From positions 2,952,041 to 2,984,040 of the forward strand of contig NZ_CP028339.1 in assembly GCF_003030465.1 (NCBI RefSeq): a stretch of 32,000 bases of DNA, read 5' to 3'. The notes below the pieces were generated by a model that saw nothing but the letters and a program-made list of their open reading frames with translations, was not told the DNA's origin and made no database searches. Positions 16,428-24,145 of the stretch are shown one piece after another. Made by a program: the position numbers and the translations under genes. The DNA comes from Thauera aromatica K172. GTDB taxonomy: Bacteria > Pseudomonadota > Gammaproteobacteria > Burkholderiales > Rhodocyclaceae. Each line of letters begins with the position of its first letter. Positions within the stretch are counted from its first letter, which is position 1.

Positions 16428-17885
16428 ATGGGAAAGATTTCAGCACCGAAAAACAACCGTGAATTCATCGAGGCATGCGTCAAGTCCGGCGATGCGGTCC
16501 GGATCAGACAGGAAGTGGACTGGGACAACGAGGCCGGCGCCATCGTGCGCCGCGCCTGCGAGCTCGCCGAAGCCGCCCCGTTCATGGAGAACATCAAGGA
16601 CTACCCCGGCTTCAGCTACTTCGGCGCGCCGCTGTCGACCTACCGCCGCATGGCGATCTCGCTCGGCATGGACCCGGCATCGACCTTGCCGCAGATCGGC
16701 GCCGAGTACCTCAAACGTACCAACAGCGAGCCCGTGGCGCCGGTGATCGTCGACAAACGGGACGCCCCGTGCAAGGAGAACATCCTGCTCGGCGCCGACG
16801 TCGATCTGACCAAGCTGCCGGTACCGCTGGTCCATGACGGCGACGGCGGCCGCTACGTCGGCACCTGGCACGCGGTGATCACCAAGCACCCGGTGCGCGG
16901 CGACGTGAACTGGGGCATGTACCGGCAGATGATGTGGGACGGCCGCACGATGTCGGGCGCCGTGTTCCCGTTCTCGGATCTGGGCAAGGCGCTCACCGAG
17001 TACTACCTGCCGCGCGGCGAGGGCTGCCCGTTCGCGACCGCGATCGGCCTGTCGCCGCTCGCCGCGATGGCCGCCTGCGCGCCCTCTCCGATCCCCGAGC
17101 CCGAGCTCACCGGCATGCTCGCCGGCGAGCCGGTGCGCCTGGTGAAGTGCGAGACCAACGACCTCGAAGTCCCGGCCGATGCCGAGATCATCATCGAGGG
17201 CGTGATCCTGCCCGACTACAAGGTCGAGGAAGGCCCGTTCGGCGAATACACCGGCTACCGCACCAGCCCGCGCGACTTCCGCGTCACCTTCCGCGTCGAT
17301 GCGATCACCTATCGCAACAACGCGACGATGACGATCTCGAACATGGGCGTGCCGCAGGACGAGGGCCAGCTGCTGCGCTCGTTCTCGCTCGGGCTCGAAC
17401 TCGAGAAGCTGCTGAAGAGCCAGGGTATCCCGGTGACCGGCGTGTACATGCACCCGCGCTCGACCCACCACATGATGATCGTCGGCGTGAAGCCGACCTA
17501 CGCCGGCATCGCGATGCAGATCGCGCAGCTCGCGTTCGGCTCCAAGCTCGGGCCGTGGTTCCACATGGTGATGGTGGTCGACGACCAGACCGACATCTTC
17601 AACTGGGACGAGGTCTATCACGCGTTCTGCACGCGCTGCAATCCGGAGCGCGGCATCCACGTGTTCAAGAACACCACCGGCACCGCCCTCTATCCGCACG
17701 CCACCCCGCACGACCGCAAGTACTCGATCGGCTCGCAGGTGCTGTTCGATTGCCTGTGGCCGGTCGATTGGGACAAGACCAACGACGTGCCGACGCTCGT
17801 CAGCTTCAAGAACGTCTATCCGAAGGACATCCAGGAAAAGGTCACGAACAACTGGACCGACTACGGCTTCAAGCCGGTGAAATAA
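16428..17885 (+). CDS. ppcA: Phenylphosphate carboxylase UbiD-like subunit (alpha, 485 aa)
   Basis: It carries UbiD-family motifs GDVNWGMYRQM (N..R at 16908-16925) and EGPFGEYTGYR. I prefer the ATG at 16428 (AAGGAG 7 nt upstream) to the one at 16401. Confidence 0.9.
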   Translation: MGKISAPKNNREFIEACVKSGDAVRIRQEVDWDNEAGAIVRRACELAEAAPFMENIKDYPGFSYFGAPLSTYRRMAISLGMDPASTLPQIGAEYLKRTNSEPVAPVIVDKRDAPCKENILLGADVDLTKLPVPLVHDGDGGRYVGTWHAVITKHPVRGDVNWGMYRQMMWDGRTMSGAVFPFSDLGKALTEYYLPRGEGCPFATAIGLSPLAAMAACAPSPIPEPELTGMLAGEPVRLVKCETNDLEVPADAEIIIEGVILPDYKVEEGPFGEYTGYRTSPRDFRVTFRVDAITYRNNATMTISNMGVPQDEGQLLRSFSLGLELEKLLKSQGIPVTGVYMHPRSTHHMMIVGVKPTYAGIAMQIAQLAFGSKLGPWFHMVMVVDDQTDIFNWDEVYHAFCTRCNPERGIHVFKNTTGTALYPHATPHDRKYSIGSQVLFDCLWPVDWDKTNDVPTLVSFKNVYPKDIQEKVTNNWTDYGFKPVK

Positions 17886-17896
17886 GGAGACGCAAC

Positions 17897-18151
17897 ATGA
17901 ACCAGTGGGAAGTATTCGTCATGGACCCGGCGGAACTGCCGGAAGGCAAGCAGCTCGAGCTGAGCGTGCGCACCCTCAACCCCGGGCTGAAGAAATACAC
18001 CTATCAGCGCGTCAGGGCTGAAGTGTCACCCGCGCTCGACAAGTTCCCCGACCAGCTCCAGGTCCGGCTCGGGCGCGGCCAGCTGAGCCCCCAGCGCTTC
18101 TCGATCCGCATCATCGAGACCGTCCAGCGCATGCCGGCCAAGTACCTGTAG
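17897..18151 (+). CDS. ppcC: Phenylphosphate carboxylase 10-kDa subunit (gamma as I recall)
   Basis: Only the last 84 aa of the 16934..18151 track ORF are used: MNQWEVFVMDPAELPEGK...RMPAKYL. AAGGAG lies 8 nt upstream, 11 nt after the ppcA stop. Size and position match the small subunit. It has no recognisable domain. Confidence 0.75.
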   Translation: MNQWEVFVMDPAELPEGKQLELSVRTLNPGLKKYTYQRVRAEVSPALDKFPDQLQVRLGRGQLSPQRFSIRIIETVQRMPAKYL

Positions 18152-18162
18152 TGACGGCGGAC

Positions 18163-18192
18163 GGCGCCGGGCAACTGCCTCTGCCCGGCGCC
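18163..18192 (+). terminator. Strong hairpin between the ppc genes and the ubiD/ubiX sub-cluster (possible partial terminator/attenuator)
   Basis: Perfect 11-bp stem GGCGCCGGGCA/TGCCCGGCGCC with an 8-nt loop, 12 nt after the ppcC stop. A T-tract (CCTTTTG) occurs only ~17 nt further on, so it is not a canonical intrinsic terminator. Confidence 0.35.
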
Positions 18193-18271
18193 GGAAGCGT
18201 GACCGCCGCCTTTTGTCCGCCCGCGGCAGCGCCGCGGCCGGCACTCAACCCGCTAAAGCATTGGGGGAACG

Positions 18272-19615
18272 ATGGCCTATTCCGATCTGCGTGCCTTCCT
18301 CGCCGACCTCGGTGACGACTTGCTGCGCATCCGCGATGAGTTCGACCCGCGCTTCGAAGCGGCAGCCTTGCTCCGCACCCTCCCCGCCGAAGGGCCGGCC
18401 GTGCTGTTCGAGAACGTCCGCGCCTACCCCGGCGCACGCATCGCCGGCAACCTGATCGCCAGCCGCAGCCGCCTGGCGCGCGCACTCGGCACCACCGCCG
18501 ACGCGCTGCCGCGGACCTGGCTGGAGCGCAAGGAGCACGGCATTGCACCGATCCAGGCGCGGGACGCGGCCCCGGTCAAGGAAGTGATCCACCGCCATCC
18601 GGACGATCTGCTGTCGCTGCTGCCGATCCTGACCCACCACGAAAAGGATGCGGCCCCCTTCATCACCACCGGCGTGGTGTTGTGCACCGACCCCGAGACC
18701 GGCCGGCGCGGCATGGGCATCCACCGCATGATGGTCAAGGGCGGGCGCCGGCTCGGCATCCTGCTCGCCAATCCGCCGATTCCGCATTTCCTCGCCAAGG
18801 CCGAAGCGGCCGGCAAGCCGCTCGATGTCGCCATCGCGCTCGGTCTCGAACCCGCCACCCTGCTGTCGTCGGTGGTCAAGGTCGGCCCGCGGGTGCCCGA
18901 CAAGATGGCCGCTGCCGGCGCCCTGCGTGGCGAACCGGTCGAGCTGGTGCGCGCCGAAACGGTGGATGTGGACATCCCGGCGCGCGCCGAAATCGTCATC
19001 GAAGGCCGGATTCTGCCGGGCGTGCGCGAACTCGAGGGCCCGTTCGGGGAGAACACCGGGCACTATTTTTCCAACGTCAGCCCGGTCATCGAGATCAGCG
19101 CCGTCACCCATCGCGACAACTTCATCTACCCGGGCCTGTGCCCATGGTCGCCCGAGGTCGATGCGCTGCTGTCGCTGGCGGCCGGTGCCGAATTGCTCGG
19201 CCAGTTGCAGGGGCTGATCGACGGCGTCGTCGATCTGGAGATGGCCGGCGGCACCAGCGGCTTTTCCGTGGTTGTCGCAGTCCATCGGACCACTGCGGCC
19301 GACGTCAGACGGCTGGTCATGCTCGCGCTCAATCTCGACCGCCGCCTGAAGACGATCACCGTCGTCGACGACGACGTCGACATCCGCGACCCGCGCGAAG
19401 TCGCCTGGGCCATGGCTACCCGCTACCAGCCCGCCCGGGACACGGTCGTGATCCACGGCTGCGAAGCCTATGTCATCGATCCTTCGGCGACCGGGGACGG
19501 CACATCGAAAGTCGGGTTCATCGCCACCCGTGCCAGCGGCGCGGACTCGGACCGCATCACCCTGCCGCCGGCAGCGCTCGCGAAGGCGCGCGCCATCATC
19601 GCCAGACTGCATTGA
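18272..19615 (+). CDS. Third UbiD-family (de)carboxylase paralogue, 447 aa, divergent
   Basis: It has EGPFGENTGHY and the overall UbiD layout. The N-x-G-x-Y-R motif reads GRRGMGIHRMM (18701-18733). It is shorter than PpcA/PpcB. Confidence 0.85.
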   Translation: MAYSDLRAFLADLGDDLLRIRDEFDPRFEAAALLRTLPAEGPAVLFENVRAYPGARIAGNLIASRSRLARALGTTADALPRTWLERKEHGIAPIQARDAAPVKEVIHRHPDDLLSLLPILTHHEKDAAPFITTGVVLCTDPETGRRGMGIHRMMVKGGRRLGILLANPPIPHFLAKAEAAGKPLDVAIALGLEPATLLSSVVKVGPRVPDKMAAAGALRGEPVELVRAETVDVDIPARAEIVIEGRILPGVRELEGPFGENTGHYFSNVSPVIEISAVTHRDNFIYPGLCPWSPEVDALLSLAAGAELLGQLQGLIDGVVDLEMAGGTSGFSVVVAVHRTTAADVRRLVMLALNLDRRLKTITVVDDDVDIRDPREVAWAMATRYQPARDTVVIHGCEAYVIDPSATGDGTSKVGFIATRASGADSDRITLPPAALAKARAIIARLH

Positions 19616-19629
19616 ACAGGGAGCAAGCC

Positions 19630-20214
19630 ATGAGAATCGTCGTCGGAATGTCCGGTGCCAGCGGTGCGATCTACGGCATCCGGATCCTCGAGGCACTACA
19701 GCGCATCGGTGTCGAAACCGACCTGGTGATGTCGGATTCGGCCAAGCGGACCATCGCATACGAAACGGACTATTCGATCAGCGACTTGAAGGGACTCGCG
19801 ACCTGCGTCCATGACATCAATGATGTCGGGGCGTCGATCGCCAGCGGCTCGTTCCGCCATGCCGGCATGATCATCGCGCCCTGTTCGATCAAGACCCTGT
19901 CCGCAGTCGCCAACTCGTTCAACACGAATCTGTTGATCCGCGCCGCCGACGTCGCGTTGAAGGAGCGGCGCAAGCTCGTGCTGATGCTGCGCGAGACGCC
20001 GCTGCACCTGGGCCACCTGCGCCTGATGACCCAGGCCACGGAGAACGGCGCGGTTCTCCTCCCTCCCCTGCCCGCGTTCTACCACCGCCCCAAGACGCTC
20101 GACGACATCATCAACCAGTCGGTGACGAAAGTGCTCGACCAGTTCGATCTCGACGTCGATCTCTTCGGGCGGTGGACGGGCAACGAAGAACGCGAACTGG
20201 CGAAATCCCGATAG
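19630..20214 (+). CDS. ubiX: Flavin prenyltransferase UbiX/Pad1 family
   Basis: Only the last 194 aa of the 18682..20214 track ORF are used: MRIVVGMSGASGAIYGIRILE..., MIIAPCSIKTLSAVANS, LMLRETPLHLGHLRLM. These are hallmark UbiX motifs. GGGAG lies upstream, 14 nt after the ubiD-like stop. Confidence 0.9.
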   Translation: MRIVVGMSGASGAIYGIRILEALQRIGVETDLVMSDSAKRTIAYETDYSISDLKGLATCVHDINDVGASIASGSFRHAGMIIAPCSIKTLSAVANSFNTNLLIRAADVALKERRKLVLMLRETPLHLGHLRLMTQATENGAVLLPPLPAFYHRPKTLDDIINQSVTKVLDQFDLDVDLFGRWTGNEERELAKSR

Positions 20215-20224
20215 GACGCTTCCG

Positions 20225-20656
20225 ATGCCACCGATCGCCCTTCCCCTGTCACTCGAAGGCGTCGTCTGCACGGGACTCGGTGCAGGCGCGCAGTTCACCA
20301 CCCTCGACTGGGTCGTCGATGAATGCCGGGAAAAGCTCGGCTTCATCCCCTGGCCCGGCACCTTCAACGTGAGGACGCAGGGCGCGCTTGCGGGCGTGGA
20401 CCGCACCCGCCTCCTGCGCTCGGGATACAGCATCCGCATCCGGCCGGCGCCCGGCTACTGTGCCGCGGAATGCCTCGTGGTCAACATCGCGGGGCGGATC
20501 TCCGGCGCGGTGCTATTCCCAGAGGTGCCCGGCTACCCGGACGGCCAGCTCGAAATCATCGCTCCGGTGCCGGTACGAAGAACCCTCGGCCTCAATGACG
20601 GCGACCGGGTCAACCTCTCCATCGGCATCAGCACCTCCCTTTTCTGCCGGGCCTGA
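20225..20656 (+). CDS. Archaeal-type (CTP-dependent, MJ0056/DUF120-like) riboflavin kinase homologue
   Basis: 143 aa. EGVVCTGLGAGAQF, KLGFIPWPGTFNV and ISGAVLFPEVPGYPDGQLEIIAPVPVRRTLGLNDGDRVNLSI align by eye with my recollection of MJ0056 ([69 protein letters not shown]). Confidence 0.75.
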   Translation: MPPIALPLSLEGVVCTGLGAGAQFTTLDWVVDECREKLGFIPWPGTFNVRTQGALAGVDRTRLLRSGYSIRIRPAPGYCAAECLVVNIAGRISGAVLFPEVPGYPDGQLEIIAPVPVRRTLGLNDGDRVNLSIGISTSLFCRA

Positions 20657-20694
20657 ACAGTCGGGAGCCGGCAAACGTCAGCAAGGAGATTCAC

Positions 20695-21243
20695 ATGGCA
20701 CCGAAGTTCTGCCCGCAATGCGGCACCGCCCTGGTCCTGGCGACGATCCATGGGCGCGAACGTGAAACCTGTCCGGCCTGTGGCGAAACCTTTTTCCACA
20801 AGCCCGCGCCCGTCGTGCTGGCGGTGATCGAGCACGCCGGGCAACTCGTGCTGATCCGCCGCAAGCTCGATCCGCTCGCCGGCTACTGGGCACCGCCGGG
20901 CGGCTACGTCGAACGCGGCGAATCGCTCGAGGAGGCGGTCGTACGCGAGGCGCGCGAGGAAAGCGGACTCGAGGTCGCCGTCGATGAACTGATCGGCGTG
21001 TATTCGCAGGCCGACGTGCGCGCGGTGATCCTCGCCTACCGCGCGCACTCGATCGGCGGCGAACCGGTCGCCGGCGACGACGCCGGCGAGATCTGCCTCG
21101 TCGCCCCGGGCCAGCTGCCGGTGCAGCGCCCGCCGCAGAGCGGCATACCGATCGAACACTGGTTTTTCAGCGTAGTGGAGGAAGTCACCGATCCATGGAA
21201 GTGGGGGCGCCGCAACAGCGCCAAGAAAATGATGAGGAGATAG
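20695..21243 (+). CDS. Nudix hydrolase with N-terminal zinc ribbon (MutT-like)
   Basis: 182 aa with a CPQCG...CPACG ribbon. The Nudix box is a perfect GX5EX7REUXEEXGU match: GYVERGESLEEAVVREAREESGL (20902-20970). AAGGAG lies upstream. Confidence 0.88.
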   Translation: MAPKFCPQCGTALVLATIHGRERETCPACGETFFHKPAPVVLAVIEHAGQLVLIRRKLDPLAGYWAPPGGYVERGESLEEAVVREAREESGLEVAVDELIGVYSQADVRAVILAYRAHSIGGEPVAGDDAGEICLVAPGQLPVQRPPQSGIPIEHWFFSVVEEVTDPWKWGRRNSAKKMMRR

Positions 21244-21246
21244 AAC

Positions 21247-21720
21247 GTGAATATCATCGATACACCCCCGATCACCCCCGAGATGCCGCCAAACCTGCTG
21301 GATTACCTGCGCGGCGGCGGACCTGCCCTGCTGCTGACGACGGGCACCGACGGATACCCGAGCTCGGCCTACACATGGGCAATCGCCCTCGACGGCACGC
21401 ACCTGCGCTTCGGCGCGGACGAGGGCGGCTCCGGCTACGCCAACCTGGAGCGCACCGGACAGGCCGCGATACACATCATCGGCCCGAATGACCTCGCCTT
21501 CCTCGTCAAGGGAACGGCACGTCTTCTCAAGGCGCACATCGACACTGCCTCGCCCGCGCGCATGGCGCTGTACGAACTCGAAGTGATCGGAGCCCGCGAT
21601 CAGTCCTTCCCCGGCGTCACGGCCAAGCCCTTCACCTATGAATGGCCGGCGGCGCAGCGCGCGGCGCTGACGAAGATGGAACAGTCGGTGTTTACCGAAA
21701 TGCGCGAATTCGCCCAGTGA
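21247..21720 (+). CDS. PNPOx-like FMN-binding split-barrel protein
   Basis: 157 aa with a GTG start 3 nt after the Nudix stop and GAGGAG 7 nt upstream. PALLLTTGTDGYPSSAYTWAIALDGTHLRFGADEGGSGYANLERTGQAAIHIIG is typical of the pyridoxamine-5'-phosphate-oxidase-related fold. Confidence 0.7.
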   Translation: MNIIDTPPITPEMPPNLLDYLRGGGPALLLTTGTDGYPSSAYTWAIALDGTHLRFGADEGGSGYANLERTGQAAIHIIGPNDLAFLVKGTARLLKAHIDTASPARMALYELEVIGARDQSFPGVTAKPFTYEWPAAQRAALTKMEQSVFTEMREFAQ

Positions 21721-21771
21721 CAAAGGCCGCACGCTCCTGGACCCCCCATTCAAACCTTCAGGAATTTTCTC

Positions 21772-23073
21772 ATGTCGTATTTCGACCAGACCACCGAAAC
21801 CCTTCCCCGCGAACGCCTGGCCGCCCTGCAGTTCGACAAGCTGCAGGCGATGATGAACGAGCTGTGGGGCAGGAACCGCTTCTACACCAACAAGTGGAAA
21901 GCCGCCGGCGTCGAACCGGGTGACATCCGGACGCTCGACGATCTCGCCCGCCTGCCGCTGACGACCAAGTCGGAGCTGATGGAAGATCAGGCCACGAACG
22001 GACCGTTCGGTTCGAACCTGACCTATCCGCTCGAAGCCTATGTCCGCCTGCACCAGACTTCCGGCACCACCGGCGTGCCGCTGAAGGTTTTCGACACCGC
22101 CGAATCATGGGACTGGTTCGGACGCTGCTGGGCGCATGTCCTGGCCGGCGCCGGCGTGACCGCTTCCGACCGGGTCTTCCTGGCCTTTTCATTCGGACCT
22201 TTCATCGGCTTCTGGTCGGCGCTGGAAGGCGCGCGCAAGCTCGGCGCCGTCCTGATTCCCGGCGGCGGGCGCGACTCCCTGCAGCGCCTCGAACTGATGC
22301 GCGACACCGGTGCCAGCGTGCTGTGCTGCACTCCGACGTATGCGCTTCGGCTCGCCGAAGTGGCGCGTGAAGTCGGTTTCGACCTGAGCTCGATCCCGAT
22401 GCGCGCCACGGTGCATGCCGGTGAGCCCGGCGCAAGCATTCCCGCAACCAAGCACCGCATCGAGGACGCATGGTCGTCGAAATGCTTCGACCACGCCGGG
22501 GCGTCGGAAATCGGCGCCTACTCCTTCGAGTGCGAACATCAGCCCGGCGGCACCCACCTGATCGAAAGCGAGTTCATCGCCGAGGTCATCGACCCGGCCA
22601 CGGGCAAGGCCGTCCCTCCCGGACAGCGCGGTGAACTGGTAATCACCAACCTCGGGCGCTGGGGCTTTCCGGTGCTGCGCTACCGCACCGGCGACCTGGT
22701 CGAAGTGAATCACGCCCCGTGCGACTGCGGCCGCGGCTTCCTGCGCTTCGAAGGCGGGATTCTCGGCCGTGCCGACGACATGATTACCGTGCGCGGGGTC
22801 AACGTTTACCCCTCCGGCGTCGAGAACATCATCCGCAAGTTCACCGAAGTCGATGAGTTCCGCATCAAGGTCAGCCGCGTGCGCCAGATGGATGAGATGG
22901 ATGTGGAAATCGAGCTGTGCGAAGGCGCCGATCCGGAAGTCGTGCATGCCATCGCCGAAAAGCTGGACACCATGCTCGCCTTCCGCCCGCGCGTCCATCA
23001 CGTCGGGCGCAACGTGCTGCCCCGCTTCGACATGAAGGCGCGGCGCTTCCACGTGAACCGCGAAGCTTCGTAA
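21772..23073 (+). CDS. PaaK-type adenylate-forming ligase (phenylacetate-CoA ligase / coenzyme F390 synthetase family)
   Basis: 433 aa. The N-terminal region (LPRERLAALQFDKLQAMMNELWGRNRFY...LDDLARLPLTTKSEL), the LHQTSGTTGVPLKV adenylation motif and the RTGDL..., ITVRGVNVYPSGVE C-terminal domain are all typical of PaaK. Confidence 0.8.
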   Translation: MSYFDQTTETLPRERLAALQFDKLQAMMNELWGRNRFYTNKWKAAGVEPGDIRTLDDLARLPLTTKSELMEDQATNGPFGSNLTYPLEAYVRLHQTSGTTGVPLKVFDTAESWDWFGRCWAHVLAGAGVTASDRVFLAFSFGPFIGFWSALEGARKLGAVLIPGGGRDSLQRLELMRDTGASVLCCTPTYALRLAEVAREVGFDLSSIPMRATVHAGEPGASIPATKHRIEDAWSSKCFDHAGASEIGAYSFECEHQPGGTHLIESEFIAEVIDPATGKAVPPGQRGELVITNLGRWGFPVLRYRTGDLVEVNHAPCDCGRGFLRFEGGILGRADDMITVRGVNVYPSGVENIIRKFTEVDEFRIKVSRVRQMDEMDVEIELCEGADPEVVHAIAEKLDTMLAFRPRVHHVGRNVLPRFDMKARRFHVNREAS

Positions 23074-23186
23074 CCCCTCCGGGCCATGGCAGGGAGCAGC
23101 CCCCGCATCCCGCCATAGCCCGAACCGCGCGGGGCAAACCACCAAACCAGAACAACGAAACGCACAACGCAGTGAGGAGGAAACAA

Positions 23187-24116
23187 ATGGGGATCAAGCA
23201 GATTGCAGTCGCAGCAATGCTTTCAGGACTCGCTGCCGCAAGCGCCAGCGCAAAGGAAGGCGGCGACCAGTATCCGAACGGAGGCGAAAACTGGCTGGTC
23301 GGCGCAATGCCGCCCCCCGGTGACTACTTCCTGAACTACGCCGGTTATTACGATGGAGAACTGCGCGACGGCAGCGGCGACAAGGTCCCTGGCGCTTCGG
23401 TGACAGCCTGGTTCGACGCGCTGCGCTACGTCAAGGTCACCGACAAGCAGATCCTCGGCGGAAACTGGGCGGTGCACATGATCGTGCCCATCGTGCACCA
23501 GAAGCTGAGTCTCGGCGGCGGCAGCAAGACCGTGACCGGTCTGGGCGACATCGTGTTTTCCCCTCTGGCCATCGCCTGGCATGCCGGCAACTGGCACTGG
23601 GTCGCCGTGCTCGACATCTATGCGCCGACCGGGAAGTACAAGTCGGGCGAACCGCGCAAGAGCATCGGTGCCAATTACTGGAGCATCGAGCCGGTCTTCG
23701 CCGTCACTTGGCTTTCGCCGCGGGGCTGGGAAGTGACGGGCAAGTTCATGTACAACTTCAAGGCGGAGAACAAGGATTTCCGGCCCGCCCCCGGTGCGCC
23801 GAAGATGGATTACGACTCCGGCGACGAATTCCACATGGACTTTCTCGTCGGCAAGCGCTTCGGCCCCTGGGGCGTCGGGGTCTCGGGCTATTACGTGAAA
23901 CAGACCACGGACGACAAGCTGGACGGAAAGTCGATTTCATCGGCTCTCGGGCCGTGGTCGACCGGACGCAGGGGAGAAGCTTTCGCTGCCGGGCCGAGCG
24001 TCAGTTACACGACCAAGACAGGCACCCAGTTCATTGCGCAATGGCAGCACGAAATCGAAGCCGACAATCGCTTCCGTGGCGACAAGGCGTGGTTCAAACT
24101 GGTGACTTCGTTCTGA
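23187..24116 (+). CDS. Outer-membrane beta-barrel channel, phenol-degradation MetA-pathway family (PF13557-like)
   Basis: Only the last 309 aa of the 22917..24116 track ORF are used. The signal peptide is [22 protein letters not shown]|KEGG and GAGGAGG lies 7 nt upstream. It is Gly/Tyr/Trp-rich with an alternating beta-strand pattern, and the C-terminus ends in Phe (WFKLVTSF). Confidence 0.75.
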   Translation: MGIKQIAVAAMLSGLAAASASAKEGGDQYPNGGENWLVGAMPPPGDYFLNYAGYYDGELRDGSGDKVPGASVTAWFDALRYVKVTDKQILGGNWAVHMIVPIVHQKLSLGGGSKTVTGLGDIVFSPLAIAWHAGNWHWVAVLDIYAPTGKYKSGEPRKSIGANYWSIEPVFAVTWLSPRGWEVTGKFMYNFKAENKDFRPAPGAPKMDYDSGDEFHMDFLVGKRFGPWGVGVSGYYVKQTTDDKLDGKSISSALGPWSTGRRGEAFAAGPSVSYTTKTGTQFIAQWQHEIEADNRFRGDKAWFKLVTSF

Positions 24117-24145
24117 TCGGCGACTCAGACTTCTCGAGAGCGCCG

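Noticed and set aside
18239-18254. Sigma54-like motif CGGCAC-N5-CCGCT upstream of the third ubiD paralogue
   Set aside because: It matches only the GG/GC dinucleotides. It also lies just 18 nt before the ATG, leaving no room for a leader with the Shine-Dalgarno sequence.
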